This document shows positions 35,461-46,589 of a stretch of 64,000 nt of DNA, in pieces; positions within the stretch are counted from its first letter, which is position 1; each line of letters starts with the position of its first letter. The position numbers were made by a program, and so were the translations under genes. Source of the stretch: Rhynchocyon petersi (lineage: Eukaryota); contig CM091797.1 of NCBI GenBank assembly GCA_043290085.1, positions 22,302,880 through 22,366,879 on the forward strand. The letters are read 5' to 3'. Below the pieces are notes generated by a model. The model was given only the letters and a program-made list of their open reading frames with translations. It searched no databases and was not told the DNA's origin.

Positions 35461-36642
35461 TGCAGCAGAGACAGATCAATTTTCATAACATGTGAACAGT
35501 ACCCCAAAGATAAATAATCCACAGAAAGACAAGGAAAGGGTTTGTTTTATACTATATAGGAAAATAGTATGACTCAATGTGTGCCTTCAAACTGACTACA
35601 ACTCACATGGACACTTTGAACAACAAGCTGGAATTGTGCTCCATCCTGTCCAGTGGTCACAATCTTGGACTTAAACACAGGCAAGGAAGAGGCCTGGAGG
35701 TGTAGTGCATAGCACATCAGGCTGCTCACCAAATCCACTGGCCACGCTGCCGGGAGCAGACTCACTCGAAACCATCTTTCAATGGGCAAATCCCCTCCCT
35801 TAAACATGTACAGGCAAGATAGAGGGTTGTTATGAGTGGGGTTTGAGTTAACAGTGGGTCGGAGTTTGGATGAAACACAGGAAAGATGTTCAGCCAACAG
35901 AAGACCATATAGGGCAGATGGCTACCTGAAAACAGCACACATGCCATCGTTCAGAAACCCACACAGACACAGACGTAGAAAGCCAAATCAACTCATGAGA
36001 CCAAAACATAGGAACGCAGAGATAATGTGCATTGGAAATATCTCCATACCTGTAGTGCAGCTGATAGGGGCCGAAGCTATGTAAACTTGTTAATCAGGAC
36101 CGGATACCCCAGGGAATGAATAACTGGACCTGCAGTCTTGGGACCATAGTCCTGCAGGACATCAAGGTCGATGAACATAACATAGTCCACAAAGACAATG
36201 TTCTACATCCCACATTGGTGAATAGACCCTGGGATCTCGAAGGTTTGTGAGCAGCCATCTAAGGTGCCATCAGTGGTGTCTTCTTATCCAGAACAGAGAA
36301 GAAGGAAGCAAGGAAGCATAAAGCTGATTTGTTCAAAGGACTAACAGAGCATGGGAATGCTCAAGCTCCATGATTCTGAGATCTGGACTAGGTGGTACCT
36401 AGTTATTGCTCCTGAGCACTCTAACGGGGATCACAATGGAAGGTCCTGGATATACAGGAGAGAAATACAGAACACAACTCAAAACAAAAAAAGCCAGGCT
36501 TCCCAGTCTGATAGAGACTGGTGGAGCTTCCAAGACTATGGCCCTTATCACCCTTCAAATCTGGCACAAAACTCACCTCTGTGGCTCAGTTTCCTGCCAA
36601 GCAATCAAAAAACCCAAGCTATTGCTGCTGGTTCAAAGCAAA

Positions 36643-37748
36643 GAACACCAGAAGGATGTCTAATGTTTCATTGACTATGCAAAGGCATTTGTGTGGATCA
36701 CAACAACAAACTATCGCTAACGTTGAGGAGAATGGGAATTCCAGAACACTTAATTGTTCTCATGCAAAATCTTTACTTAGATCAAGAGGCTGTCATCCAA
36801 ACAGAACACGGGAATACTGTGTGGTTCAAAATCAAGAAAGGCGTGCGTCAAGGCTGTATCCTGTCCCCATCCCTAGTCAATCTGTATATGGAGCAAATTA
36901 TTCGGGAAGCAGGACTCTATGAGGAAGAGCGTGGTGTCAGGATTGGAGGAAGGTGCATCAACAACGTGCGATATGCAGATGACACAACTCTGTTTGCTGA
37001 GAGTGAGGAGGACCTGAAAGTTCTGTTGCAGAGGCTTAAGGACTACAGTCTTCAATATGGACTGTGGTTACACCTCAAGAAAACTAAGATCCTCACCACT
37101 GGGCCAATAGGGAACATTGTAATTGATGGAGAGAGGATTGAAACTGTCAACGATTTCATCTTGCTTGGTTCCGCAGTCAGCACCTCTGGCACCAGCAGTC
37201 AAGAAATCAAAAGACATATCACATTGGGAAAGGCTGCTGTTGTAGACCTCTCCAAGGTCCTGAAGAGTAAAGATGTCAGTTTGAGGACAAAGGCGCACCT
37301 GATACAAACCATGGTCTTCTCCATCACTGGCTATGCATCTGAGAGTTGGACAGTGACTAGAGATGACAGAAGAAGAATCGATGCCTTCGAGCTGTGGTGT
37401 TGGAGCAGAGTGCTCAATGTCCCATGGATGGCCAAGAGAACAAACAAATATGTTCTGGAAAGAGTTCAACCAGAGTGCTCTTTGGAGGCAAGGATGGTGA
37501 AGCTTCGTCTCACATATGTTGGTCATGTTAGGAGAGGCCAGTCCCTGGAGAAGGACATTATGCTTGGGAAGGTGGAGGGTCAGAGGAAGAGGGGCAGATC
37601 CTCGACTAGATGGATAGACAGAGTGACTGCAGTGATGGGCTCGAGTGTGTCAGGGATGGTGAGGATGGGGCAGGATAGGTTCAGTTTCAGATCTGCTGTT
37701 TATAGGGTAGCTATGAGTCATCCTCGACTCGAGGGCACATAACAACAT
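36643..37748 (+). mobile_element. RTE copy (RT to 3' end), 349-aa ORF 36693-37742
   Basis: It starts at FIDYAKAF and continues with ..MDHNNKLSLTLRRMGIPEHLIVLMQNLYLDQEAVIQTEHGNTVWFKIKKGVRQGCILSPSLVNLYMEQIIREAGLYEEERGVRIGGRCINNVRYADDTTLFAESEEDLKVLLQRLKDYSLQYGL...LRLTYVGHVRRGQSLEKDIMLGKVEGQRKRGRSSTRWIDRVTAVMG..FRSAVYRVAMSHPRLEGT. The tail is cacataacaacattg. It is nearly intact. Confidence 0.9.
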
Positions 37749-37921
37749 TGCTGCTGGGTTGGAACAGACTCCCTCTAGTGGGTTTCTGAGGTATGAAAGG
37801 AGATCATCCATCTATCTCCTGCAGAATGGCTGCCAGCAGACGTTCAAACCACCAGAGAGGCCAGCAGTGCAACTCCCAACAGATTACACCATCAGAGCTG
37901 CCTAACCAAACAATTATTGTT

Positions 37922-38125
37922 GTGGTTGTTAGATGCCATAGAGTCAAGTACGACTCATAGCGACTCTGTGAACAGCAGATCTGAAACCTGCCCTACCCAC
38001 CATCCTCACCATCTCTGACACACTCGAGTCCATTATTGCAGCCACTGTGTCCATCCATCTAGTCGAGGGTCTGCCTCTCCTTCGCTGACCCTCCAGCTTT
38101 CCAAACATGATGTTCCTTTCAACCA
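37922..38125 (-). mobile_element. RTE 3'-terminal fragment (minus)
   Basis: The minus ORF 37944-38126 reads MVERNIMFGKLEGQRRRGRPSTRWMDTVAAIMDSSVSEMVRMVGRAGFRSAVHRVAMSRT. Confidence 0.75.
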
Positions 38126-38435
38126 AATAATAGAGATGCCCATAAGATGAACAATAATAACACTAGCGAGGTGCTCACTCCTTTGAACAATCAACCATAG
38201 AAGAGCAAAAGAGCAATATTTGTTTGGGGATAATATTAAAAAGTTTGGAAGTGGTAACACAGAAGAATTAATGGAAATGCGAAACACAAGGGGGGGGTGG
38301 GAAGTATGCGATGATATTGTAGATGTTGCAGTTACAGCCACGTAACAAAATATATATGATTCTTAAGCCTGTTGGTTTGATGTCAATTTTATTGCATAGT
38401 TTCTCCTTACATTATTATCATTCTCTGTTCTGTAG

Positions 38436-40157
38436 ACACGTTCCTTGGAATGGAATAAAATACTTCAAAAACAATGTTACAGAAAACGAATACTTTTAAG
38501 CAAGCAGAAGGTTGCTGACGATGTTGAAAAGGTTGATTTTGCTACACAAGCACCAGTACAAATTCAAACATTCGATTCTAAACATGCAGTCATGGCAAAA
38601 CCATTGGATTTAAGTCAGGTGGCCTCATTTGAAAACACAAAATTTAAAGCACATTCCTTTCCATTCCCCAAAATTCAAGGCCTTCGTTCAATTACACCAA
38701 CCCCCTTCGCTGCCTCTCATCGTGCTTCTGGTACCCTATTTTCTTTCTGCTCGCCTCTGAAATCTCTTCTCCCTTGTTTGAGTAGTTTCAGAGAGTCTGG
38801 TCTATCTAGGCATGACCAAGACCTTGACACTGATCATTCTGACAGTGTCCTGGAGGGGGCCTCCCTACCCAGACCCAGGCTGCCTACCCAGAACCCACCT
38901 ATTCCAGTTCCCGTTGGTGCTCCTGCGCCACCTCCCTTGTTCCGTATTCCGGCTCCTGCTAGTGCTCCTGTGCCACCTCCCTTGTTTGGTATTCCGGCTC
39001 CTCCGCCACTTCCCTTGTCCGGTATCCCGGCTCCTGCTAGTGCTCCTGTGCCACCTCCCTTGTTCGGTATTCCGGCTCCTGCTAGTGCTCCTCCGCCACC
39101 TCCCTTGTTTGATCCTCCGGCTCCCGCTAGTGCTTCTGTGCCACCTCCCTTGTTCCGTATTCCGGCTCCCGCTAGTGCTCCTGTGCCACCTCCCTTGTTT
39201 GGTATTCCGGCTCCTCCGCCACTTCCCTTGTCCGGTATCCCGGCTCCTGCTAGTGCTCCTGTGCCACCTCCCTTGTTCGGTATTCCGGCTCCTCCTAGTG
39301 CTCCTCCGCCACCTCCCTTGTTTGATCCTCCGGCTCCCGCTAGTGCTCCTGTGCCACCTCCCTTGTTCCGTATTCTGGCTCCTGCTAGTGCTCCTGTGCC
39401 ACCTCCCTTGTTTGGTATTCCGGCTCCTCCGCCACTTCCCTTGTCCGGTATCCCGGCTCCTGCTAGTGCTCCTGTGCCACCTGCCTTGTTCGGTATTCCG
39501 GCTCCTGCTAGTGCTCCTCCGCCACCTCCCTTGTTTGATCCTCCGGCTCCCGCTAGTGCTCCTGTGCCAGCTCCCTTGTATGGTTCCCTAGCTAGAACTG
39601 AACAAGCTAAAATTTACCAAGACCGTGAGCTGTCCAGTGAGGCTGACATTTCCAGCGAAAAGGACCCTGTTCGCAGATCACGTGCGCACCCTTGTAAATT
39701 CTCAACCCAGAGTTCTGACAAATTCTTTCACTCTCCTGGTGTTCTTTATGATCAAAGTTCTGTGGTTCCTCTGGGCGCTACATCCACACCACCAGACAAT
39801 TCACTTGGTTTTGCTGGCAGCGCCCCAGGAATTTATTTTTTATCCAGCATTTCTACTCGAAGTACATTATTGGGTCCCCCTTCAAGTGGCCTGCCGACCA
39901 ACTCAAGTCAAGAAAAGTCACATGATTGGCAAATTCCTGAACAGCGCCAACAAAATGACTTTCCTAAATGTCTGCTAGAACATGGGAGAGATTGTTTACT
40001 GGCACTGCATGACGGAGAGGATGATGAGGATGACAATTATGACATGCTTGTTGAGGATTACGATGATGGCATGGAAGATGAGGATGATGAGGACGACAGG
40101 GTCTGCCAAGAAAACTGGAGCAGTGTTGCACCTGAACTTTTCAGTCTGCAGACCGAG
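38436..40157 (+). CDS. VWA5B-like large insertion exon, about 574 codons. It is a unique N-terminal part, then 3 x 71-aa Pro-rich tandem repeat, then a Ser/Pro-rich region, then a poly-acidic DGEDDEDDNYDMLVEDYDDGMEDEDDEDD tail
   Basis: The acceptor ctgttctgtag| sits immediately after an in-frame tag, and phase 0 matches the previous donor. The ORF runs uninterrupted to the stop at 40194-40196. A candidate phase-0 donor lies at gag|gtattc (40157). The C-terminal part (..CLLALHDGEDDEDDNYDMLVEDY..SSVAPELFSLQTE) is colinear with VWA5A HLVQLIYHQNANGSWDLNEDLAKILG..AAQPAELVDSSG. The 3' boundary is uncertain (see findings). Confidence 0.75.
38928..39566 (+). repeat. Coding tandem repeat, 3 x 213 nt (unit starts 38928, 39141 and 39354) at about 97-99 percent identity
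   Basis: The unit encodes PPPLFRIPAPASAPVPPPLFGIPAPPPLPLSGIPAPASAPVPPPLFGIPAPASAPPPPPLFDPPAPASA(S/P)V. Each unit is itself built from 4 sub-repeats of about 16-18 aa (P-A-P-A-S-A-P-V-P-P-P-L-F-G-I). The Leu-rich ORF 38812-39591 in another frame is a by-product. Confidence 0.95.
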
Positions 40158-40423
40158 GTATTCGCCTTATTTCGCTCTAACTCTGCAGTGAATTAGCTTC
40201 AGAATTTAGGAGGGAACTACTCAGAGTAACCAGTCAATGAACACTTATAACCAGTTTACTTATCTTGGGGACGTAAAGTGATTTGTGCCAGGATGTCAGT
40301 CAGCGGGCCATTTCCTTCATCAAGGAAATTTTGTTACCAATTAATAAATAAGTCAGCAGAACTAAAGAGGGACGTGATGTATTTGACAGGAGTTCTCCAA
40401 TTAACTATAACTTAGAATTACAG

Positions 40424-41092
40424 GGAGCAGCTGGCATGGCCTAGTGGTAAAAAGCTGTGCAGCCAACCCAAAGACATGTAGTTCTCACCTGAGCCAGCTG
40501 CTCGGCGGGAGAGAGCGTCAACTCCCGTGAGATATATTGCCTCTGGGGTCAGCTATGAGTGGATCACGACTGGACAGGACCCACCGCCACCACCGCCGCC
40601 ACCACCACCTGCTCTGAGGGAGAGTGATGTCAACTCCCATGCTATTTAATGCCTCTGAAAACCCACTGGAGGGTCAGCTATGAGTCCGTTCCAACTTAAC
40701 AACAGGTGGTAGACTGAGAAGGGGTTACTCCGCTAACCCACAGGCAGTGCCTCTCTAGCAGTTCAAATCCGCCAGTGATTCCGCAGGAGAAAGATGGACA
40801 GTCAAGTCTCCTCCTCCTGTGCAGCTCAGGACCTCCACGAACCTGCCGCAGCGCCACCTATCGGCCATTTCCAGCTCCACGGTCATGTGTTTGAGTTTTG
40901 GTGCGGTGATAGGTGGTGGTGGGGTACCTGGCGGACTCGAACCGTGTGCCTTTGGGTCGGCAGCACAGCTCCTTTACCACTAGGCCATTCCAGCTGCTAA
41001 GTGAATGGCACTTCAAAACCACCAGCAGCTCTGTGGGAGAAAGATGGGCAGCGTGCGTCAAGTAGTCGGCAATTCAATGGCACCTAATAACA
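40424..41092. mobile_element. Cluster of 4-5 fragmented AfroSINE-type SINEs (mixed orientation)
   Basis: It includes ggcatggcctagtggtaaaaagctgtgcagccaacccaaagacatgtagttctcacctgagccagctgct.., gggtcagctatgagtccgttccaacttaacaaca, and the reverse copy ggggtacctggcggactcgaaccgtgtgcctttgggtcggcagcacagctcctttaccactaggccattccagctgc. It also contains a (CCGCCA)-like run. Confidence 0.65.
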
Positions 41093-42134
41093 TCTGCAGA
41101 GTACCTGTAAGAACAGTCTTCTTACAGAAGTTGTGTAAAAGATCAGAGTTCACTTTGGATTTGTCACATATCATTTGACTTTTGAATTTTTAAAATTTGT
41201 GCCATTGCCATAGATCCTCTAACTTTGCACCTGCCCATGATTGGATCCTCATTTCTGTTCTCCAGAGACTTGGGGGGCTCCGTCTACTTCAAGCTTTGAC
41301 TCCCCATCCTCAGGCCCTCTGTGCTTTCTTAGAATGTGATGAAAATGGGCCTTGGAAGCAGTGACTCAGCTGAGTCAGGCAGGAGATGGTAGATACAAAG
41401 AAGTGTGTATGTAGCTTTAAAACTGCAGCTTAATCTTGTAATTTTAAATTTAGAAAAATATGGTCTTCAAGCTTCAGATTCTAGAAGGCCAGTCTCTTTA
41501 TGTCCAACAGAAGGGGTCGTGATATGTGTAAAAGACTGGCGGAATGGCTCAAGACACAGCTTTTCTAGCTTTTAGTTTTTCTAAGAATATGGATAGTACT
41601 GTTTTTAAAATTCTTTCTGCCTCCAGAAACACTCGGGAGGGTCAGTATGAGTCGCTCACGACTCAACGATACCTCCCACACCACACCTTCTTTCTAGTAG
41701 TTCTAATACCTGGGGTGGGGGGAGTTTATGGTGTTGGTGAGAATCAAAACAAAGCCGTGTCACTAGTCTGTGAAACACTTAATTCCGTGGTAATACAGTT
41801 TCAGAAATGTTTTCAATAACTGAGTTGAAATAAGGCAAACTCATTCTATTTCTTTTTTAAAAAATTTTTATTTAAATGCATATTTGTAACATTCAGTATA
41901 CTTACCCAGGTGACTATAGGATTACAATGTAGGATTATAACATTCAGTATACTAGTTTATGTGATTAAATTCTTACAATATGACTTAAATTTATTTTCTT
42001 CATCTCATAATAGGATGGCTTCTGGAAACTTACTCCAGAACTGGGATTTTTATTAAAACTTGATATAAATCTATTAAGATGCTTTCTTGAAGAAAAAGGC
42101 ATTCGGTCCCTAGGTAAGATGCTTTCTAGGTAAG

Positions 42135-42245
42135 ATGACATGTTGGAGATGAGGGGATGCTGCAGGGGGCAGCAGGTTCAGATCTGCTGTTCATAGGGTT
42201 GCTGTGTGTTGTAGTCAACTTGATGGCACGTAACAACAACAATTA
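42135..42245 (+). mobile_element. RTE 3'-terminal fragment (short)
   Basis: gatgctgcagggggcagcaggttcagatctgctgttcatagggttgctgtgtgttgtagtcaacttgatggcacgtaacaacaaca. Confidence 0.7.
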
Positions 42246-42386
42246 CAAGACAAGAGCTTTGTTTTGTAAAATGCTCACTCAGAAAAGGAGTCATTAGATT
42301 CATTAGATATTTGAGTGTTTACACATGTTTCATGTTATAAGGTATTTTCTTAAATACTTCATTTTAATAACTTAGTGTCAATTAAG

Positions 42387-42565
42387 CGAGCTCCGGTGGC
42401 CTAGTGGTAAGGAGTTGCACTGCAACCTCAAAGGCTTGCAGTTTGAATCCACCAGCTGCTCCATGGGAAAGAGTGGTGTCAAGTCTCGTGTGATTTAATG
42501 CCTCTGAAAACCCACTGGAGGGTCAGCTATGAGTCAATTATAACTCAACAGTACCTAACAGCAAC
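42387..42565 (+). mobile_element. AfroSINE-type SINE
   Basis: gagctccggtggcctagtggtaaggagttgcactgcaacctcaaaggcttgcagtttgaatccaccagctgctccatggg...gggtcagctatgagtcaattataactcaacagtacctaacagcaaca. Confidence 0.8.
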
Positions 42566-42679
42566 ATTTACTGATAATGCCTAACATAACTGTCAATTAA
42601 ATAAGGCACACAGTCTGAACTGGCCTTAACACGTTGTGATTTAGTTACAGAAATTTTAAAAAGGAAATGGAAAGAAATC

Positions 42680-42732
<53 letters not shown>
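42680..42732. repeat. (GA)n microsatellite, about 26 units, followed by (GC)-rich gcgcgcgagcgc
   Basis: It is a perfect agagag... run. Confidence 0.95.
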
Positions 42733-42736
<4 letters not shown>

Positions 42737-43339
42737 CGAGCGCAGGGCTGGCTTTAGCTCAGCGGTTCCTTCGGCAACTTGTCTCAAGTGACAAAGTTAC
42801 CTTTTCCTGTGCTTAAACTAGTTCATGATGAAATGAAACAGGGCACTAAGTGGCTGTGTTGTAGCGACACAAACAGTGCTGTAAACACAACACATAGGAA
42901 GGAAATGAATATGATCTACCTATGGGAATACTCACTGAGGTTCCACTGCTAACGAAGATAGTTAGGGAAACATTAGAATAATGTCAGTGTCGTTGAATGG
43001 GAAATTGGAAAAAGAACAGTGTTTCAAAGCTATTGTTTTGTAGTTTAAGATGATTTTGAATATATATACCTTGTATTTTAGAAAGAGAAGTGACTGCTAA
43101 GTTCTGGGTTCACTACATCTAAACATTCTAATTCACTGTTTCATAAACAGTAAATGTGTTCATTTGCTGAATAGCATTGTTGACCTGCAACTGCTAAGAT
43201 TTGTTGAAAGCATTTGATACATGATCTAATCTGCTGTCTCTATTGCATACTTTAAGGTGGATTTAGAGGTTATTGTTCTGAGCCTAGAAACAGGCTTTCA
43301 TCATGTTTAATACAACCTGGTTATTGAAGAGGTCAAGGT

Positions 43340-43700
43340 AGCAGAGCTCTGGATCCAGTGAGGTGTTGTTAGGTACTGAGGAGTCAGTTCTTACTCTTAG
43401 CAGTCCTACCTGCAACAGGACAAAATCCTGCCCGATCCTGCCCCATTCAGTCTCTGATGTAATGCAACCTATTGCTACCGTCACTGTCTTAGTCCATCTA
43501 TCTCAGTGAGAGTCATCTTCTTTTGCTCTGACCCTCTATTTTTCAAGCACAATTAGCTTCTCCAGGGACTGGTCCCTCCTGTTAATGTGTCCAAAGCATG
43601 TAAAAGTGTAACTATCCTCACTTCCAGGCACATTCTTTGGTTGAAAATCCAGTCCAACTTCCTCCAAGGAAGGTCTGTGTGGTCTATTCAAGATTCTATA
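43340..43700 (-). mobile_element. RTE 3' fragment (minus)
   Basis: The antisense reads ..caggacaaaatcctgcccgatcctgccccattcagtctctgatgtaatgcaacctattgctaccgtcactgtcttagtccatctatctcagtgagagtcatcttcttttgctctgaccctctatttttcaagcacaattagcttctccagggactggtccctcc. This is the same antisense pattern as the other minus RTE 3' ends. Confidence 0.55.
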
Positions 43701-43829
43701 CCAACACTATAATTTAATTTCCTGAAAAACCTATAGGATGATATGATAGGTACACATTTCATTCTTCCTCACTTTTCATTTGAACAGCAAACTAGTTAGG
43801 GTCTTGAGAGAAATATAGTTTTATGATTT

Positions 43830-44470
43830 ACTCTGGGCCAATAGGGGTTATCAGGGTTGATGGAGAAGGGAGTGAAACTATAATTGATTTCCTCTTGCAT
43901 GGTTCCATGGTCAACACCCCTAGCACAAGTTGTCAAGAAATAAAACGACATATCACAATGAGAAAGGCTGCTAACGACCTCTCCAAAGTATTGAAGAGTA
44001 ACGACATCAGTGCTCCTGATCCAAACCATGGTCTTATCAGTCACTACCTATGCATCTGAAAGCTGGACGATGACTAGGGACAACAGAACAAGAATGGATG
44101 CCTTTGAGCTGTGGTGTTGGAGAAGAGTTCAATATCCCATGGATGGCCAAATGAGCAAACAGATATGTCCTGGAGAGAGTCCAGTCAGAATGCTCTTTGG
44201 AGGCAAGAGTAGTGAAGCTTCATCTCACATATTTTGGACATGTTATTAAGGAAGGTGGGTCCCTGGAAGGGGATATCATGCTTGGAAAGGTGGAGGGTCA
44301 GAGAAGAAAATGCAGGCCTTCGACTGGATGGATGGACACAGTGACTGCAGTGATGGTTTCAAGTGTGTCAGAGAATGATGAGATGGCACAGGATAGGGGG
44401 AGTTTCAGAGATGCTGTTCATAGGGTTGCTATGAATCATCCTCAACTCGATGGCACACAACAACAACAGG
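43830..44470 (+). mobile_element. RTE fragment (3' half, degraded)
   Basis: The ORFs 43823-44059 (..GPIGVIRVDGEGSETIIDFLLHGSMVNTPSTSCQEIKRHITMRKAANDLSKVLKSNDIS), 44010-44249 and 44197-44490 (MEARVVKLHLTYFGHVIKEGGSLEGDIMLGKVEGQRRKCRPSTGWMDTVTAVM..FRDAVHRVAMNHPQLDGT) are RTE sequence. Confidence 0.8.
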
Positions 44471-44524
44471 AGAGCTCTGGTGTGCTATGAGTCATCCTCA
44501 ACTCGATGGCACACAACAACAACA

Positions 44525-44715
44525 GGAGAGCTCTGGTGGCCTAGTGGTAAGGAACTGGACTGCAACCTCAAAGGCTTGCAGTACGAATCCACCAGCTGCT
44601 CTGTGGGATGAAAAATTATGTTGACTCCCATGCAATTTAATACCTCTGAAAACTCACTGGAGGGTCAGCTTGATTTGGTCATCACGCAGCAGTACTTAAC
44701 AACAACTAACAATAT
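44525..44715 (+). mobile_element. AfroSINE-type SINE (first of a tandem pair)
   Basis: ggagagctctggtggcctagtggtaaggaactggactgcaacctcaaaggcttgcagtacgaatccaccagctgctc...gggtcagcttgatttggtcatcacgcagcagtacttaacaacaac. It is preceded by a 58-bp local duplication of the RTE tail plus SINE head junction (44440-44470 repeated at 44478-44540). Confidence 0.75.
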
Positions 44716-44721
44716 TTTATC

Positions 44722-44905
44722 AAGGAGCTCTGGTGGCCTAGTGGTAAGGAGCTGCACTGCCAACCCAAAGGCATGTGGTTTGAATCTGCCAGCTGCTCCA
44801 TGGGAGAAAGTGTAGTGTCAACTTCTGTGCAATTAACTGACTCTGATGACCCACTGGAGGGTCAGCTATGAGTCCCAACTCGATGGTACAAAACAACAAC
44901 AAACA
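44722..44905 (+). mobile_element. AfroSINE-type SINE (second of a tandem pair)
   Basis: ggagctctggtggcctagtggtaaggagctgcactgccaacccaaaggcatgtggtttgaatctgccagctgctccatggg...gggtcagctatgagtcccaactcgatggtacaaaacaacaacaaac. Confidence 0.85.
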
Positions 44906-44924
44906 AATATTTTATCTGGAAGAA

Positions 44925-46486
44925 ATATAGAAGACAACTTCCTGGCCAACTGACTGGAAGAGATCCATTATTTGTTCCAGTTTCCAAAAATGATGATCCA
45001 ATGGTGGTGGTGGTGGGGTACCGTCAAGTTGTGAACAACTCAAGGTGACCCTCCCGAGGGTTGCCATAGGCAGTATCTCTCACGGGAGTGGAAGCCACTC
45101 TGTGGAAATTACCAAACAATATTATATGCAAGTACAATCTTTCTGACCATTATTAAAAAACAACTGGAACAGTACATCAGCAGAGAACTGCTTAAAAATG
45201 AAACTAGATTTAGAAGAGGCCATGGCCCTAGTGGTGAAAGAACTGTGCTGCAAGCCCAAAGGCACGTGGTTCAAACTTGGCAGCTGCTCCGCGGGAGAAA
45301 GAGTGGTTTCTACTTCCGTGTGAGATACCACCTCCGGAAACCCTTGGGAGGGTCACTATGAGTCGTTCATGACTCGATGGTATACCACCACCACCACCAC
45401 GATACCAGGGAGTCATTGCAGATGCCAGATTGATCTTGGCAGGGAATACCAGAAGAATGTTTATTTGTGTTTCAGTGACTATGTAAAGGAATTTGATTGT
45501 GTGGCTCACAATAAATTATGGCTAACACTGACAAAAATGGAAAACCCAGAACACTTAATTGTGCTCATGTGAATGCTATACCTAGATCAAGAAGTTGTCC
45601 AAACCGAACAAGGGACTATTGCATGGTTCAAAATAAGGAAAGGTGTGCATCAAGGGCTATATCCTTTTCCCCCATACCTCTTCATTCTGTATGCTGAGCA
45701 AATCATTCAAGAAGTTGGGCTTTATGAAGAACGTGGCATCAGGATCAGAGGAAGACTCTCAACCACCTGTATCATGCAGATGACACAACCCTGCTTAGCT
45801 GAAAGTGAGAAAGACTTGAAAAGCTTGCTGTAGAAGATCAAGGACTGAAATCCTATAACTGAGCCAATAGGCAAAATCATGGTAGATGAAGGAAGTCTTG
45901 AAACCGTCAATGAATTTATCTTATTTAGAGCCACAGTCAATACTTTTGGTACCAGAAGTCAAGAAATCAGAAGACACATCATGTTAGGAAAATCTGCTGT
46001 CAAGAGCCTCTCCAAAATCCTGAAGAGTAATGATGCTATTTTGAAGACAAAGGTGCACCTGATCCAAACTGTCTTTTCAGTTACTCGCTATGCCTCTGAA
46101 AGCTGAAGAATTTATGCCCTTGAGATGTGGTGCTGGAGAAGAGAGATTAATGCCTGATGGACTGCCAAAAAGACAAATATGTCTTAAAAGAAGTGCAACC
46201 AGAGTGCTCCTTGGAGACAAGGATGGTAAAATTTCAACTCACATACTTTGGGCAGGTTGTTAGGATGGGCCAGTCCTAGGAAAAGGACATCATGTTTGGA
46301 AAGGTGGTGGGGTGGGAGGCAGAAGAGAGGTAGACCTTCAACTAGATGGATGGACACAGTGACTAAACAGTGGGCTCATATATATCAAGGATGCGATAGT
46401 GGCTCAGCGTAGGTCAGGGTTCAGATCTGCTGTTTATAGGGTTGGTGTGAGTCACAGTTGACTCGATGGCCCCTAACAGCAACAAT
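44925..46486 (+). mobile_element. RTE copy (RT region to 3' end, degraded) with nested SINE insertions at 45017-45102 (-) and 45219-45401 (+)
   Basis: It encodes ..FLANWKRSIICSSFQK.., then (45402 onward) FSDYVKEFDCVAHNKLWLTLTKMENPEHLIVLM, LYLDQEVVQTEQGTIAWFKIRKGVHQG, SLETVNEFILFRATVNTFGTRSQEIRRHIMLGKSAVKSLSKILKSNDAILKTKVHLIQT, and the 3' end ..gtgagtcacagttgactcgatggcccctaacagcaaca. Many stops are present. Confidence 0.75.
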
Positions 46487-46589
46487 GTTTTATGGTTTAA
46501 TAGCACTTTTATAAATGGACATAGTTTGAGATGCAGTTTCCAAGAGACATACTGAGGGTTTTTTGTGGTTTTTTTAATTCACCTTTTAG

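Noticed and set aside
35470-36640. An unclassified interspersed-repeat-like block between the L1 3' end and the RTE at 36643 (ORFs 35836-36084 and 36351-36674)
   Set aside because: There is no recognisable protein motif or terminal structure. It could be an ERV, LTR or DNA-transposon remnant, or unique intronic DNA. I cannot support a specific call from sequence alone.
38812-39591. The 259-aa Leu/Cys-rich ORF (..LLVLLCHLPCSVFRLLLVLLRHLPC..) on the plus strand
   Set aside because: It is an alternate reading frame of the Pro-rich tandem repeat. Its periodicity simply mirrors the 213-nt repeat. The Pro-rich frame is the one continuous with the upstream exon phase and with the VWA5A-homologous C-terminus.
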